From NCBI RefSeq assembly GCF_006345805.1, contig NC_042999.1:116498001-116562000 (forward strand): a stretch of 64,000 nucleotides of DNA. The letters run 5' to 3'. The stretch's first letter is position 1; every line of letters starts with the position of its first letter. Below are positions 53,216-64,000 of the stretch, piece by piece. The position numbers and the translations under genes were made by a program. The stretch is from Octopus sinensis (lineage: Eukaryota). The notes beneath the pieces were generated by a model. The model made no database searches. It was not told where the DNA came from and worked only from the letters and a program-made list of their open reading frames with translations.

Positions 53216-54650
53216 ATGTATGTATGTATATATATTAAGAGACAGAGAGGGAGAGAGAGAGAACGATAAAGAGAAAGGGAGAGTGAGACCTGTGCGCATG
53301 CGCATATGTGTAACAAGGAGAATAGCCTAAAAAATCTTTAAAACATGTTTCAAAAAATACACATGATATGCTAGATATATAAGCATAAACAAACGGAAAA
53401 ACAGAAATCGCACAATATCATTTATTTGTCTCAGCCATTTATGACTGTAGCCATGCGAAGGATTCGCCTTGAATCTTTTAAACAAATGAAACTACCCAAG
53501 TACTTATTTTTTGTTTTGCTTGATAATTACTCTACCGATCACTTTGTCGGACCACTAAGCTACGAGTACGTAAACACAGCAACACCGGTTGTCAAGCGGT
53601 CGTGGGGGCAAACACAAACTCAAATACACACGCGAGCGTGCGCGCGCACTCACATACACACGCACTCATATATGTATGCATATGTCTGTGTCTGCATTTG
53701 TGTTTGGGTTGGTCTCCCACCACCACTTGACAACCAGTGTTGCTTTGCTTACATCCCTGTAACTTAGCGGCTCGGTTAAAGAGGCTGATAGAATAAATAT
53801 CAGACTTATATAAAAATTAGTACTGGGGTCAATTTGTTAAGCAAAAGCCTTGAAGTCGGTACTCCTGCATGACTGCAGTCCAATGACTGAAACAAATATG
53901 TGTGTTATGCATATGTATATATACATGCATACATATGCACATATATCATCATTAATATCTTCATTATCATTATCATCATCAGCAGCAGTATTTCATGCGT
54001 TTGGCTTTTGGAAAGAATACTGTGGGAAGGAGCACTCTGCACCTGTTGCAAGTTTGCTAGTGACCGGTGAAGCCAAGATATTGTCTGGCTGCAGCTTCTG
54101 TTAGAAAAATTCTGTTCTAAATTCGTTGCCATAGTGTCAAAGTTCTTCCATCTTCATTTGTTCCGGTGGCCGGCCCTGCATGCATTTTCGAAAAAGAAAA
54201 CCTATTTATTTACTACCCACAAGGGGCTAAACACAGAGGGGACAAACAAGGACAAACGGATAAAGTCGATTACATCGACCCCAGTGCGTAACTGGTACTT
54301 ATTTAATCGACCCCAAAAGGATGAAAGGCAGAGTCGACCTCGGCGGAATTTGAAATCAAGAAAAGCAATTGGTTAATGGTGTGTTGTCAATTTCCATGAT
54401 CAGAGGCTAGTGTCTATTACAGGCGATGGTCAGTGATAACAAGCACCAAGGGATTTCTTCAGAGAATCTCTGTTTCTCTTCTTAGATATCCCTCTATTAT
54501 CATGGCTAGCGAAGTATTCGCCATATTGTACTGCCTAGAGCAGGCAATGGTTCACCATCCGGAAAATATGCCCTAATAGGTGCAGCTGCGATGCTGGTGA
54601 CACCTACATGTCCGAGGACTTTAATGTTGGTAAAACGGGTCACTCTCGTG

Positions 54651-55126
54651 AAGGAGTTCTCAGCCATTTTTTACGTATGGACCCCTTTCGTTACTATCTT
54701 ATTCTGGTGGCCTCCTCCATAGCCATTCGATGTTTAAAAACTACGTTTATGAATTTGTCTTACAAGATTCTTCGTGTGAAATCGTGTGTTGAAACAAATA
54801 TTGTTGTATTTAGAAAAATAATTTTAAAAATTAACTATCCCGAAATATAATAATATAGTTTAAAAGCTAGTTTTATAGAAACTTCTTTCAATATACCTAT
54901 CTTGTTTTTCACGCATTAACTCGTGTAGGTTGAGTTATGTAAAACGTTAGAAAAAGAAACCTAGCTGTTTCTTGCAATACATACTGATACAAACATCTAA
55001 AGCAAATTTTTTTCAGGGGCCCTCAAATACCATCGTGGATTCCTAACATACTATTTTATTGTGTGGATCCCCAAAATTCTTACATGGACCCTCAGAGGCC
55101 ATATAGACTCAGGTTGAGAACTACTG
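54651..55126. mobile_element. Second copy of the hAT-type MITE, with an internal insertion
   Basis: Colinear with 44156-44487 (CATAGCCATTCGATGTTTAAAAACTA, CAATACATAC..CATCTAAAGC). Ends GGTTGAGAACTACTG. Confidence 0.75.
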
Positions 55127-56299
55127 TTCTAATGGATGTTACAAATGGCACCTTGGCCGCACTGACTGAAGCGCTCAGTGGGCCGTAGATGTTGACAACA
55201 GGTAACACATGACTCGGAGCTGCATAGTAGACACGTTAACAAAACGGTTCACTACACGCTGATCTCCGTGCCTTTTTCCAGATGCTTGTTGTTCCAGACC
55301 ATTTTGTAGTCTGGTGAACATACTGTTACTTTTGCCAGTCGGTTTTCTACATTTTTTCTTATTATTTTATCCTTTTTTTTTTAAATCCGTTATCTTTCAA
55401 CTTTTACTTTTTTCACTCATTGGACTGCAGCCATGCCAATAGACAGCCCTGAATGATTTATTCAAACAAATCGACAAGAAGATGAAGAGAGTAAGCGTGA
55501 AGACATAGGTTAAATGATCTGGTTTTTAAATCTAGATTAAATTCCCCATTGCATTCTCAATTCATGTATTTAATCTGAATGTCTGTTAAAGAGAACTCCA
55601 GTAAAGACATCAAAGACCACGTGTTGGAGTTCATCTAGGCGAGAGATTAAGTGTACATGATCAACATATCTAATGTTTTTTGATTCAGTACAACTCACTG
55701 TAAATAGACTCCTGTCACGCCGGAAGTATTAAGGGCGTCGTACCACTGAAGATTGGGTGTCATTAAATCGCAGTGCTGAGTTCAAATTTTAAAGTAGATA
55801 TAGCTTAAATGAAAATGAGCTCCTCTTGTATAATTTGCCTTAGATATGCCACGTTACGAAAACTTAAATAACGAACTGAGTGATATGGTGGTTTATTTGA
55901 CTTCAGACATATTTCGAGCCAATGGGGAAAGATTTACGTGGTCACCCGATCGGCTAGAAGTGGCAGGGCTCGTACATTCTTGCTCGCGCACGATCTGTCA
56001 ACACCCTAAATCAGCATTTACATACGTTTCATCTTACCAACTTAAAAAGGAAAAACCACATTGGATAATGTAATCCTCGTAAATGCACAAAAACGTAAAG
56101 GAAAAAAAAAACTGGCCGACATGGTCATGCCATTGATCATAGGTCTGGTCAGTGACAGTTGACCAGGTGCAAAGAAGAAGAACATATGTAATTACATGAG
56201 GATGCACTAATCAGTTTGCGTTAACAGATATTCTAAGCTTTCAGAAATTAAAAATAAAACGCTGTCTAAAAACATGAAAACTATTAAAATTGAGATATA

Positions 56300-57310
56300 C
56301 GATGTTGTATCAAAAATAGTGCAAAAGAAGGCGTATATTTTTTTTATTGACATAGATCGTTCAAATTTCACATATTGGTAGAGTAAAGATATATAAGTCA
56401 ATGTAGTCTCCATTACAAGTGGTGCATTTGAGCCATTGTTGAATTTAACTTGGGAACCCTCTTTGATAAATTTGAGGTGTTCACTGTTGTACCTATTTCC
56501 ACCTCGTTTGTATCATCAAATCGTTCTTCTTGAAGACTCTTTCTTTTAATGATGGATAGGCGATGGCTGATTATCCCAATTAGCCGATGGATGATTTGTT
56601 ACCATTCTCAGATTTTGATTCTTGTTCTATCTCTTTCTCCTAATGGGTTTTCTAAGCTTTTCTATGTGCCTCAATGTACCATTCACTGTTCACGGTACAA
56701 CCACGTTCCAGAAAACCAAAGAGAACGACACCCTTATCATCTCTAAAAACAGTCTCAATGATTTTCATTGCCAATCACTGGCCCTTGAAATTCTTTGGTC
56801 TTAGAGAATAGGAATGATGTCATTCGATGAACTGAGCCTTCGCTTCCGGATCGTAAAGATATGGCCACATTTCATCCCGTCGCCTAATCGGTGGGGGGAT
56901 ACGCTTCATTGATTTCACGGGCTTCGCCAGATCAGAGCAGACTTACACTCTTCCCTCCTTCAAATCAGATATTAATTTCCACTGGGCGATTTGTCTTCAA
57001 TGCTGGTTTTCCCCTTTTTTAATCTTGTTCATCCACCTACGCGCATTGCTCTTATCAATGGTGTCATCTCTGTAAATAACCTGTATCCTTCCGTGAATGT
57101 AGGACAGCCTGCACCCCAGCTTCATCAAGAACTTAATGACGGTACATTATTTCTCCCTAGAACCCATTAATTGTTTGCCATGAAGAAAAACAGGAAGAAA
57201 AATTATAACAGAAGGAGAATTACTGTACCAGCGAATGCAATTTGAACGACTTGGGTCAGTTAATAAAAAAAGTTGTGCTCGATTTTACATTACTTTCGGT
57301 AGAAATCTCG
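56300..57310 (-). mobile_element. Internally deleted, decayed mariner element
   Basis: TVIKFLMKLG..IHGRIQVIY..RRWMNKIKKG (HTH), GDEMWPYLYDPE, TVFRDDKGVV..FLERGCTVNSEWY and WLKC..GDYI. Ends are degenerate, begin TA-CGA, with TA at 56298-99 and 57311-12. Confidence 0.85.
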
Positions 57311-58773
57311 TAATAGAAATAGCAGTAAAAGAAAAAGTTCTCTTTGTGAACTTCAATGGAAAACAGAAAATATATAAATATATAAATATATAAACAAATA
57401 AATAAACGAAAACACATAGATCAAGTTAATGGGGAAATTAACCCAGGTCTACAACGGACACAGACCAGATAAAAAGCGATGTAAACAGTAACATCAACCC
57501 CTCACTTCATACTTAATAACGAAAACTAAATCTTTCTCTTTCTGCTATCTTATTTCTATTTAATCTTTCCAATTCTTCACTTCTTTTCAGCTCCTTCTTC
57601 TTCGCTCGTGTTTTCTTACATTTTCTTTTCTCAACTCTAACTTTCATGACCTAACGCATTTTCTTTCCTATATTTTTTTCTGCTTATAACAGCAACTCTT
57701 TAGAATTTCCACCTTTTCTCTGTTTTCTAGACAACTTCATTATTCCTTTTACTTATCTAGACGAAGTTCTGCAAGGTCCAAGTATAACGGAGACAGCCCT
57801 TCCATCTCAAAGCAGTCAACATATACGTTCTTCCACATACACTTCACCTTTTGTAAACCACTTTCGTTACTCTTCTCATTCTATTTACATAGGTAGACAT
57901 CCATCCATCAAACCAGCCAGCCATATGTGCATACATACATACATACATACATACATACATACATAACACATACATACATACATGCATACATACATACATA
58001 CATACATACATACATACATACATACATGCATGCATACATACATACATACATACATACATACATACATACATACATACATACATACATGCATACATACATA
58101 CATACATACATTTGATCGCAGTTTCGATTCCCAGACCGGGTGTTGTGTGTATTTATTGAGCGAAAACACCAAAAGCTCCACGAGGCTCCAGCAGGGGTCG
58201 GTGGCGAACCCTGTTGTACTCTTTCGCCTCAACTTTCTTTCACTCTCTCTTCCTGTTTCTTATGTAACACTGCGATGGACTGGCGTCCCGTCCAGCTGGG
58301 GGGGGGGGAGACATGCACCACAGAAACCGGGAAATCGGACCCATGAGCCTGGCTAGGCTTGAAAAGGGCGCATAAATAAAAAAAAATGTAGAAAGACAAG
58401 AAAATTTGAATAATTAAATTTGCAAATAAATAATTAAAATTTGTAAATTTTCTTGAGGCGGTGCCCAGCATGGCCGCAGTCAAATAATTGGGACAAGTAA
58501 AAGGATAAAAGAGCAAATATACACACTTCTAACGATAATGATGATGATGATGAAGATAACAATCATTATCTAAAAATACCGATTCTGGCGAGTGAAATCA
58601 AGGGAGACAATACCAAAATGTTAATTAAAATTAAATATAGAATGCAGTGTGTGTGAATTTACCGCGGGCGCCTACTGCACACAAACACACACACACACAC
58701 ACACATGCATATATACATATTTATATATACATGCATATATTTGTATATGTGTGCGCATGTGCGGTTGTGTGTA

Positions 58774-58804
<31 letters not shown>

Positions 58805-58873
58805 TTCTATAATTCTTTTCCCTCGTAATGTCTCTTTATTTCCTTTCCATTCTTGCTCCTGTCCTACGCTGTT

Positions 58874-58992
58874 TTCTTCTTCTTCTTCTTCTTCTTCTTC
58901 TTCTTCTTCTTCTTCTTCTTCTTCTTCTTCTTCTTCTTCTTCTTCTTCTTCTTCTTCTTCTTCTTCTTCTTCTTCTTCTTCCTCCTCCTCCT
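58874..58992. repeat. (TTC)n tract
   Basis: Seen directly. Confidence 0.97.
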
Positions 58993-61244
58993 CTTCACAC
59001 CCCTTTCACCCTCTTTAATTCTCCTACACAATTCTCCCATCACTGTTGTGCTTACAGTTTCACGTAACCCATTTATGGTTTCCTAATTACAACACCACCA
59101 TCACCACCACCACGATCATCATCACTACCATCAATGCCATCATTACTATCACTACCATCACCATAACCACGATCACCACCATCATCGCCATCACTACCAT
59201 CACCATGATTATTATCACCACCATCACCATCACTACTATCACTCTCATCACAACTACAAAGAACAACAACAGCGACATCATCAATATATTAGCGTTACAG
59301 CCACAAACGCCAGTAGCACTATCACCACTACTATCATCGCTGCCACCACCATCACCACCACCACCGCTGCCACCACCATCACCACTGCTCCCACCACCAC
59401 CGCCGCCGCCACCACCACCACCATCTCTACTAACATCAAGACTAACGCCAGCACCACCCGCAACACAATAACCAATACCAACACAGACACCACCATTACA
59501 CCAATAACGCCCTCGAAACATTACTATCACATCACCAGAATCATCGCCAGCAGCAACAGTACCACCTCCCCAACAACCACTGACACTAGTGCCAACAATA
59601 AAAACGCCATTGCCGTTAGCACCCACACGAGCGAAGAGCCGTTAAGGCAACCAATCGATATGTTAGAAATCTTCCTCATGTACTTCATCAGTCTTAAATA
59701 AAGGATAAACGCGATAATGAAGTCTTATATGCAGATAAAAATGACTGGATGATCATGGATGGGATGCCTTTGATCGTAGCTCTGCTTGATCAGGACTGAC
59801 TTCGGGTTAAGCCAGAACAAAATCAGCAACTAAAACAACCCAATGGAATCCTGATGACCGCGATACGAATTCTATAAGTAGTTTTACCTGTTAGAAATAG
59901 CAACACGATCTCCTTCAAAGATGGAAAACGCTATTCTGTCTACATAGAGGCATATTAGTGATGGATGATAAGATAAGGTCACTTGGTTAAGGAATGACGA
60001 GGCTTGTTTTCACTTTTAAGAATACTTGTTGTTCTTGTTCTTGTTTCAACTATGGCTGCCTCTGTGTAGTTATTTGTGTTGTTATTTACTTTGTAAAACA
60101 GTAAGAGGAGAGGGTTGCTAACACATCACCCTCTAACCACATTTTTCCCATCCACATACTAATATGCCTCTATGTAGACAAAATAGCCATGTCTCGAATG
60201 ACATTGATCACAGGTCTGTTCAATCAAGCCTGATCTGGGGCTGAACTACAACATAACACAACGTCACTACCGTCACCATCATTACCAACAACAGCAAAAC
60301 TGAAGCAAGCAGAGAAATTCAATGTGGTCTGCTAAACATAGCAACCATGTCTCCTTCAAATCACATCTTACAGCTCAGTCACGACAGGAGGTAAATTCAC
60401 ACATAAGTTCGTATGAAAACTTTCTGCTGATAAATAGAATATTGAAAAATTTCGCAGCGGAAACAATATAAGCATTATATCAAGCAATAGTCTTCTCAAG
60501 AACTGTATGCATTCATTTGGACAATTTGTATCTCCGTTCTCACATTAAGTGTTCTGAATGTGGACCCCACTGTCGTTGACGATAGATGAAGGTTACGGAT
60601 GATTTGTTTACAGTGATCAAATGTTTGTGTTGTTCATTAGCACAGTCTCTCCATTAAATCGCCATTGCCTGTCAAGGTGCAAGGTGTGACACACGTCAGA
60701 TGTTCGAGTGATTGCAGAGCAATATGAATTTAAGTGTTTTGCTCAAACACAATGCATATAGCCAATCAGAGCTCAACTATCAAACTAATTTATGAGCGCA
60801 TAACAAGTGATGGACGATAAGATAAGGTCACTTGGATAAGGAATGACCAGGCTTGTTTTCACTTTTAAGAATGCTTGTTGTTCTTGGTCATGTTTCAACC
60901 ATGGCCGCCTCTGCGTAGTTATTTGTGCTGTTGTTTACTTTGTGAAATAGTAAGGGCAGAAGGTTGCGAGCACATCACCCTCTACTCACATTTTTCCCAT
61001 CCACATCTTTACCACATGGGACCCTAACAAAATCCGATAATAGTTATAGATGCAAATCTATCTAATTACTTGTCTCATAAATCAGGCATAACTTGGCGAT
61101 CAGTCGGCTTACAAAACCGTGCTTCGTCTTAAGTTTACTTAATAGAGTGTGTTTGTTAACTTGACAACAAGGTCAAGGTGATCTGTGATTGGTTGTATGC
61201 AAATGAGCTCATTACTGGGGTCCGGAACTCTCGTGGGAAAAAAT

Positions 61245-61440
61245 GGGCTTAGCAGTATTTCGTCTGCCGTTACGTTCTGAGTTCAAATTCCGCCGAGGCC
61301 GACTTGGCCTTTCATCCTTTCGGGGTCGATAAATTAAGTACCAGTTATGCACCGGGGTCGATGTAATCAACTTAATCCCTTTGTCTGTCCTTGTTTGTCC
61401 CCTCTATGTTTAGTCCCTTGTGGGCAATAAAGAAATAATA
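61245..61440 (+). mobile_element. SINE family D
   Basis: TTCTGAGTTCAAATTCCGCCGAGG.CGACTT.GCCTTTCATCCTTTCGGGGTCGATAAA. Copies at ~2236-2435, 7050-7265, 14620-14760, 14818-15000, 23180-23345, 30700-31035, 34455-34622, 39465-39655, 50452-50630, 54200-54352 and 62395-62540. Confidence 0.85.
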
Positions 61441-62689
61441 AACTCGCTTTTTCTCCTTCCATCGAATCGACATTGCCTGTACACGTAGGTGCACGGTGTG
61501 CCACGCGTCAGTTGTGCTGAAGTGGTTGCAGAGCAACGTGAAATGAAATGTTTTGCTCGAGAACACAATGCAATACCAGGTCTAGGAATCGAAACCTCGT
61601 TTTAGCTGTCATAAGTGAAACACCCCAACCACTCCCCTCCTGCACATCTCTGCTCACAAACTCAACTAACGCTAACCTCTTTCTTTATAGTTAATAAAGT
61701 TGTTATAATGTATATCAAATTCTTCGTCTATTTACTTTGGTCTACATTGTAAATAGGGTTTTTAGATATAATTTTACCTATCAGGTCGGTGGGATCTTGC
61801 TTATACTTCAATCTGGCTCGTAAAGCCAACCCAGTTTGACACCCCAGTTTTAATTCATACATAACAATATTCAAGGAAACCTAATAGGGGTTTTTCATGA
61901 GTAAAATAAATATACTGTCAAACACCACCAAAATTATCCCGGACATCAAAAATTTCATAAATATTTGTTTTGCTATTACTCCACTTGCTGCACCCTTTAT
62001 ATTGGCTGTTTGTTAATCTTTAATTTTTTGTTCTTTTACTTCTTTGAGTCATCGGATGTGGCAATGGTGGGGGTCCTACTTTTAAAGGTTCGTCAATAAT
62101 ATCTATGTTTTACTTCTAGGTGGTATTGTTTTATTGAACTTTATTTATCGAATGACTTAGTTACATTATAAGATAAAGGAAGCAACCTGGCGCACGCTTT
62201 ATATCTGCATACATAGACCGACTCTCATATTTGCTTACATGCTCACACATATACACACATACATTTCCAAAGCATATTAATTACAAAAGAACGGGAATTA
62301 TGCAACCATATTCGCTTGGTGATTACGTTATTCCTATTTGTAGTCATTTATTGATTAATATTATTTAATTATCTCACCTGTCTTTACTTTCTAAGTTCAA
62401 ATCCCGCCGAGGTCGACTTTGCTTTCATCCTTTCGGGGTCGATAAATTAAGCACCAGTTGCATACTGGGGTCGATCTTATCGATTGGTCTCCTCCCCCAA
62501 AATTTAGTGGAGCTTGTGCCTAGAGTAGAAAAGAATATTATTTAATTATCGTTTGGTTTATATTGGAGTCCAGAGAAAAGAACGTCGATGAATGTGTACT
62601 ACATCATCACTGGAGTTAATGAATACTGCGCATTATCAATATACTGAATTTTTACAACCGGTTAGTGATTCTGCCATTTTGGTTTTGTC

Positions 62690-63900
62690 TTAGGATGGGA
62701 CCAAGGTTTATTAAAGAACATCAAGTTGTACATTTTAGAGGCCAGAGGTGAGAGAGAAATTCCATTGTAGTTCTGAAGCAAGTAAGGTTACTTTTGTATG
62801 GAAATGAAATAACTGAAGACTTCGAAAACGCTACAGATTCTCCAAGCAAAATGCATCAAACATATATGAGGATTTGATAGTGTCAACAGCAAGTCATGTT
62901 ACATATCCTGTTGAATTATGGTATTCTAATCGAGATTGTCAAAGCTTTCACCATCATGGACGAAGATTCATCAAACATTATACAAAGCACTAGCAGTCCA
63001 CTTAAATAAATACCAACAACAGTAATCTATCAGAGTTACCCTCTCTTTGTGATTGTAGTGAACTACATTCTTAAGCAAAGTTTTGATTCTATTCAATATA
63101 ACGAACTCCTCATCAAGCAGAATTGATCAAGACCTCACCAGTTCCTATATTCTTTTAACCATGAATGTATTCATGATCTTACTCTCAACACTTAGGAACT
63201 GTGCAACGTGCAAGACTTGTTAACGTATCTTGGGAAACTGCAGCGAAAGTTGAACTGTTTCTCAATGCAAAGATGACTGTATACATGGTCATCAATGAAG
63301 ATGAAAGCCACTTGCCAATTTGTTCCACGATGGTACACAACTCTAAAAGATCAGAGACTTTAAGTATCTTTGGGTCTATGCTGCTGCTAATCAAAATGTC
63401 TTACAGGTAGGGAATTAACTTAGAATATAACAAGCTTCAAAACATCTAGCAGTAAAGTACTTCGAAATCAGTAAGTCTTGCTATTTTCAGGCCTTATCTA
63501 GAAAGCATTCTTCTCTATTGAATCAAAATCAGGAGTATCAAGAAGGAACTGCAAGATCACCTTCATGGTATATTCAACAGGCTTATTATGAAATCGTGAA
63601 ACGTCTGATATTGTGAACATATATGATGGGCGATCGTAATGTTTCCGACCAGCAAATTCGTCAACCAGGGACCACAGTAGAAAGAATTTGTCAACCAGGG
63701 ACCACAGCAGAAAGAATTGACCAAGTTGCTGTAAAGTGGGATCGGTCTCGGAATCATTTGCTTACAAAGTGAACTTCTAGATGATACTGTTACACCTTTT
63801 AAGACTAGACCTAAATTGTTCAAAGATACGAGCTAAGTTTTATGAGACTGAGGTTGAAAGTTATCAGAAATAGGATATCAATAACAATATCTTATACAAC
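62690..63900 (+). pseudogene. RTE-clade LINE reverse transcriptase remnant
   Basis: FDSVN..MLHILLNYGILIEIVKAFTIM, YPLFVIVVNYILKQS, AAKVELFLNAKMTVYMVIN and DFKYLGS. Many stops and frameshifts. Contains a 30-bp tandem duplication at 63655-63714. Confidence 0.8.
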
Positions 63901-64000
63901 CAAAGAAATTATTAAATATATTGCTAAATTGATATTTCAACTTTATTATTATTATTTGTGAAAACAGCAGTATTTTTTAAAATTATTCTTTAATTAGAAA

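Noticed and set aside
53905-54132. ORF MATNLEQNFSNRSCSQ...
   Set aside because: Short, runs into a microsatellite, has no convincing splice sites and no recognisable family.
59046-59626. Thr/Pro-rich (mucin-like) and Gly/Val-rich ORFs
   Set aside because: Products of cryptic CAC/CAT/CCA repeats, with no splice or signal-peptide support.
59957-61006. LTR retrotransposon
   Set aside because: No TSD, PBS, PPT or coding interior; kept only as a duplication.

Overview
AT-rich, repeat-saturated animal genomic DNA. The SINE families and microsatellite load resemble those I recall from coleoid cephalopods (probably Octopus); that assignment is an inference. No intact host gene can be supported, and nearly all listed ORFs are translations of microsatellites. 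The window is a mosaic of decayed mobile elements: at least six R4/Dong-like non-LTR fragments (restriction-like endonuclease), an RTE-like RT remnant, an L1/Tx1-like 3' end, a full-length but dead Tc1 element, an internally deleted mariner, hAT-type and TA-flanked MITEs, Penelope-like termini, dozens of tRNA-derived SINEs and a 37-bp minisatellite. The most notable signal is a set of seven hammerhead-ribozyme (HHR) motifs from five unrelated sequence families. Each has CUGANGA / stem II / GAAA / NUH and a self-complementary stem III, as in dimer-dependent minimal hammerheads. One sits inside a TA-flanked terminal-inverted-repeat element, and one sits in a ~380-bp tandem duplication with retrozyme-like architecture. 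All folds were derived by eye and none has been tested. Element boundaries are approximate unless a TSD or TIR is given.
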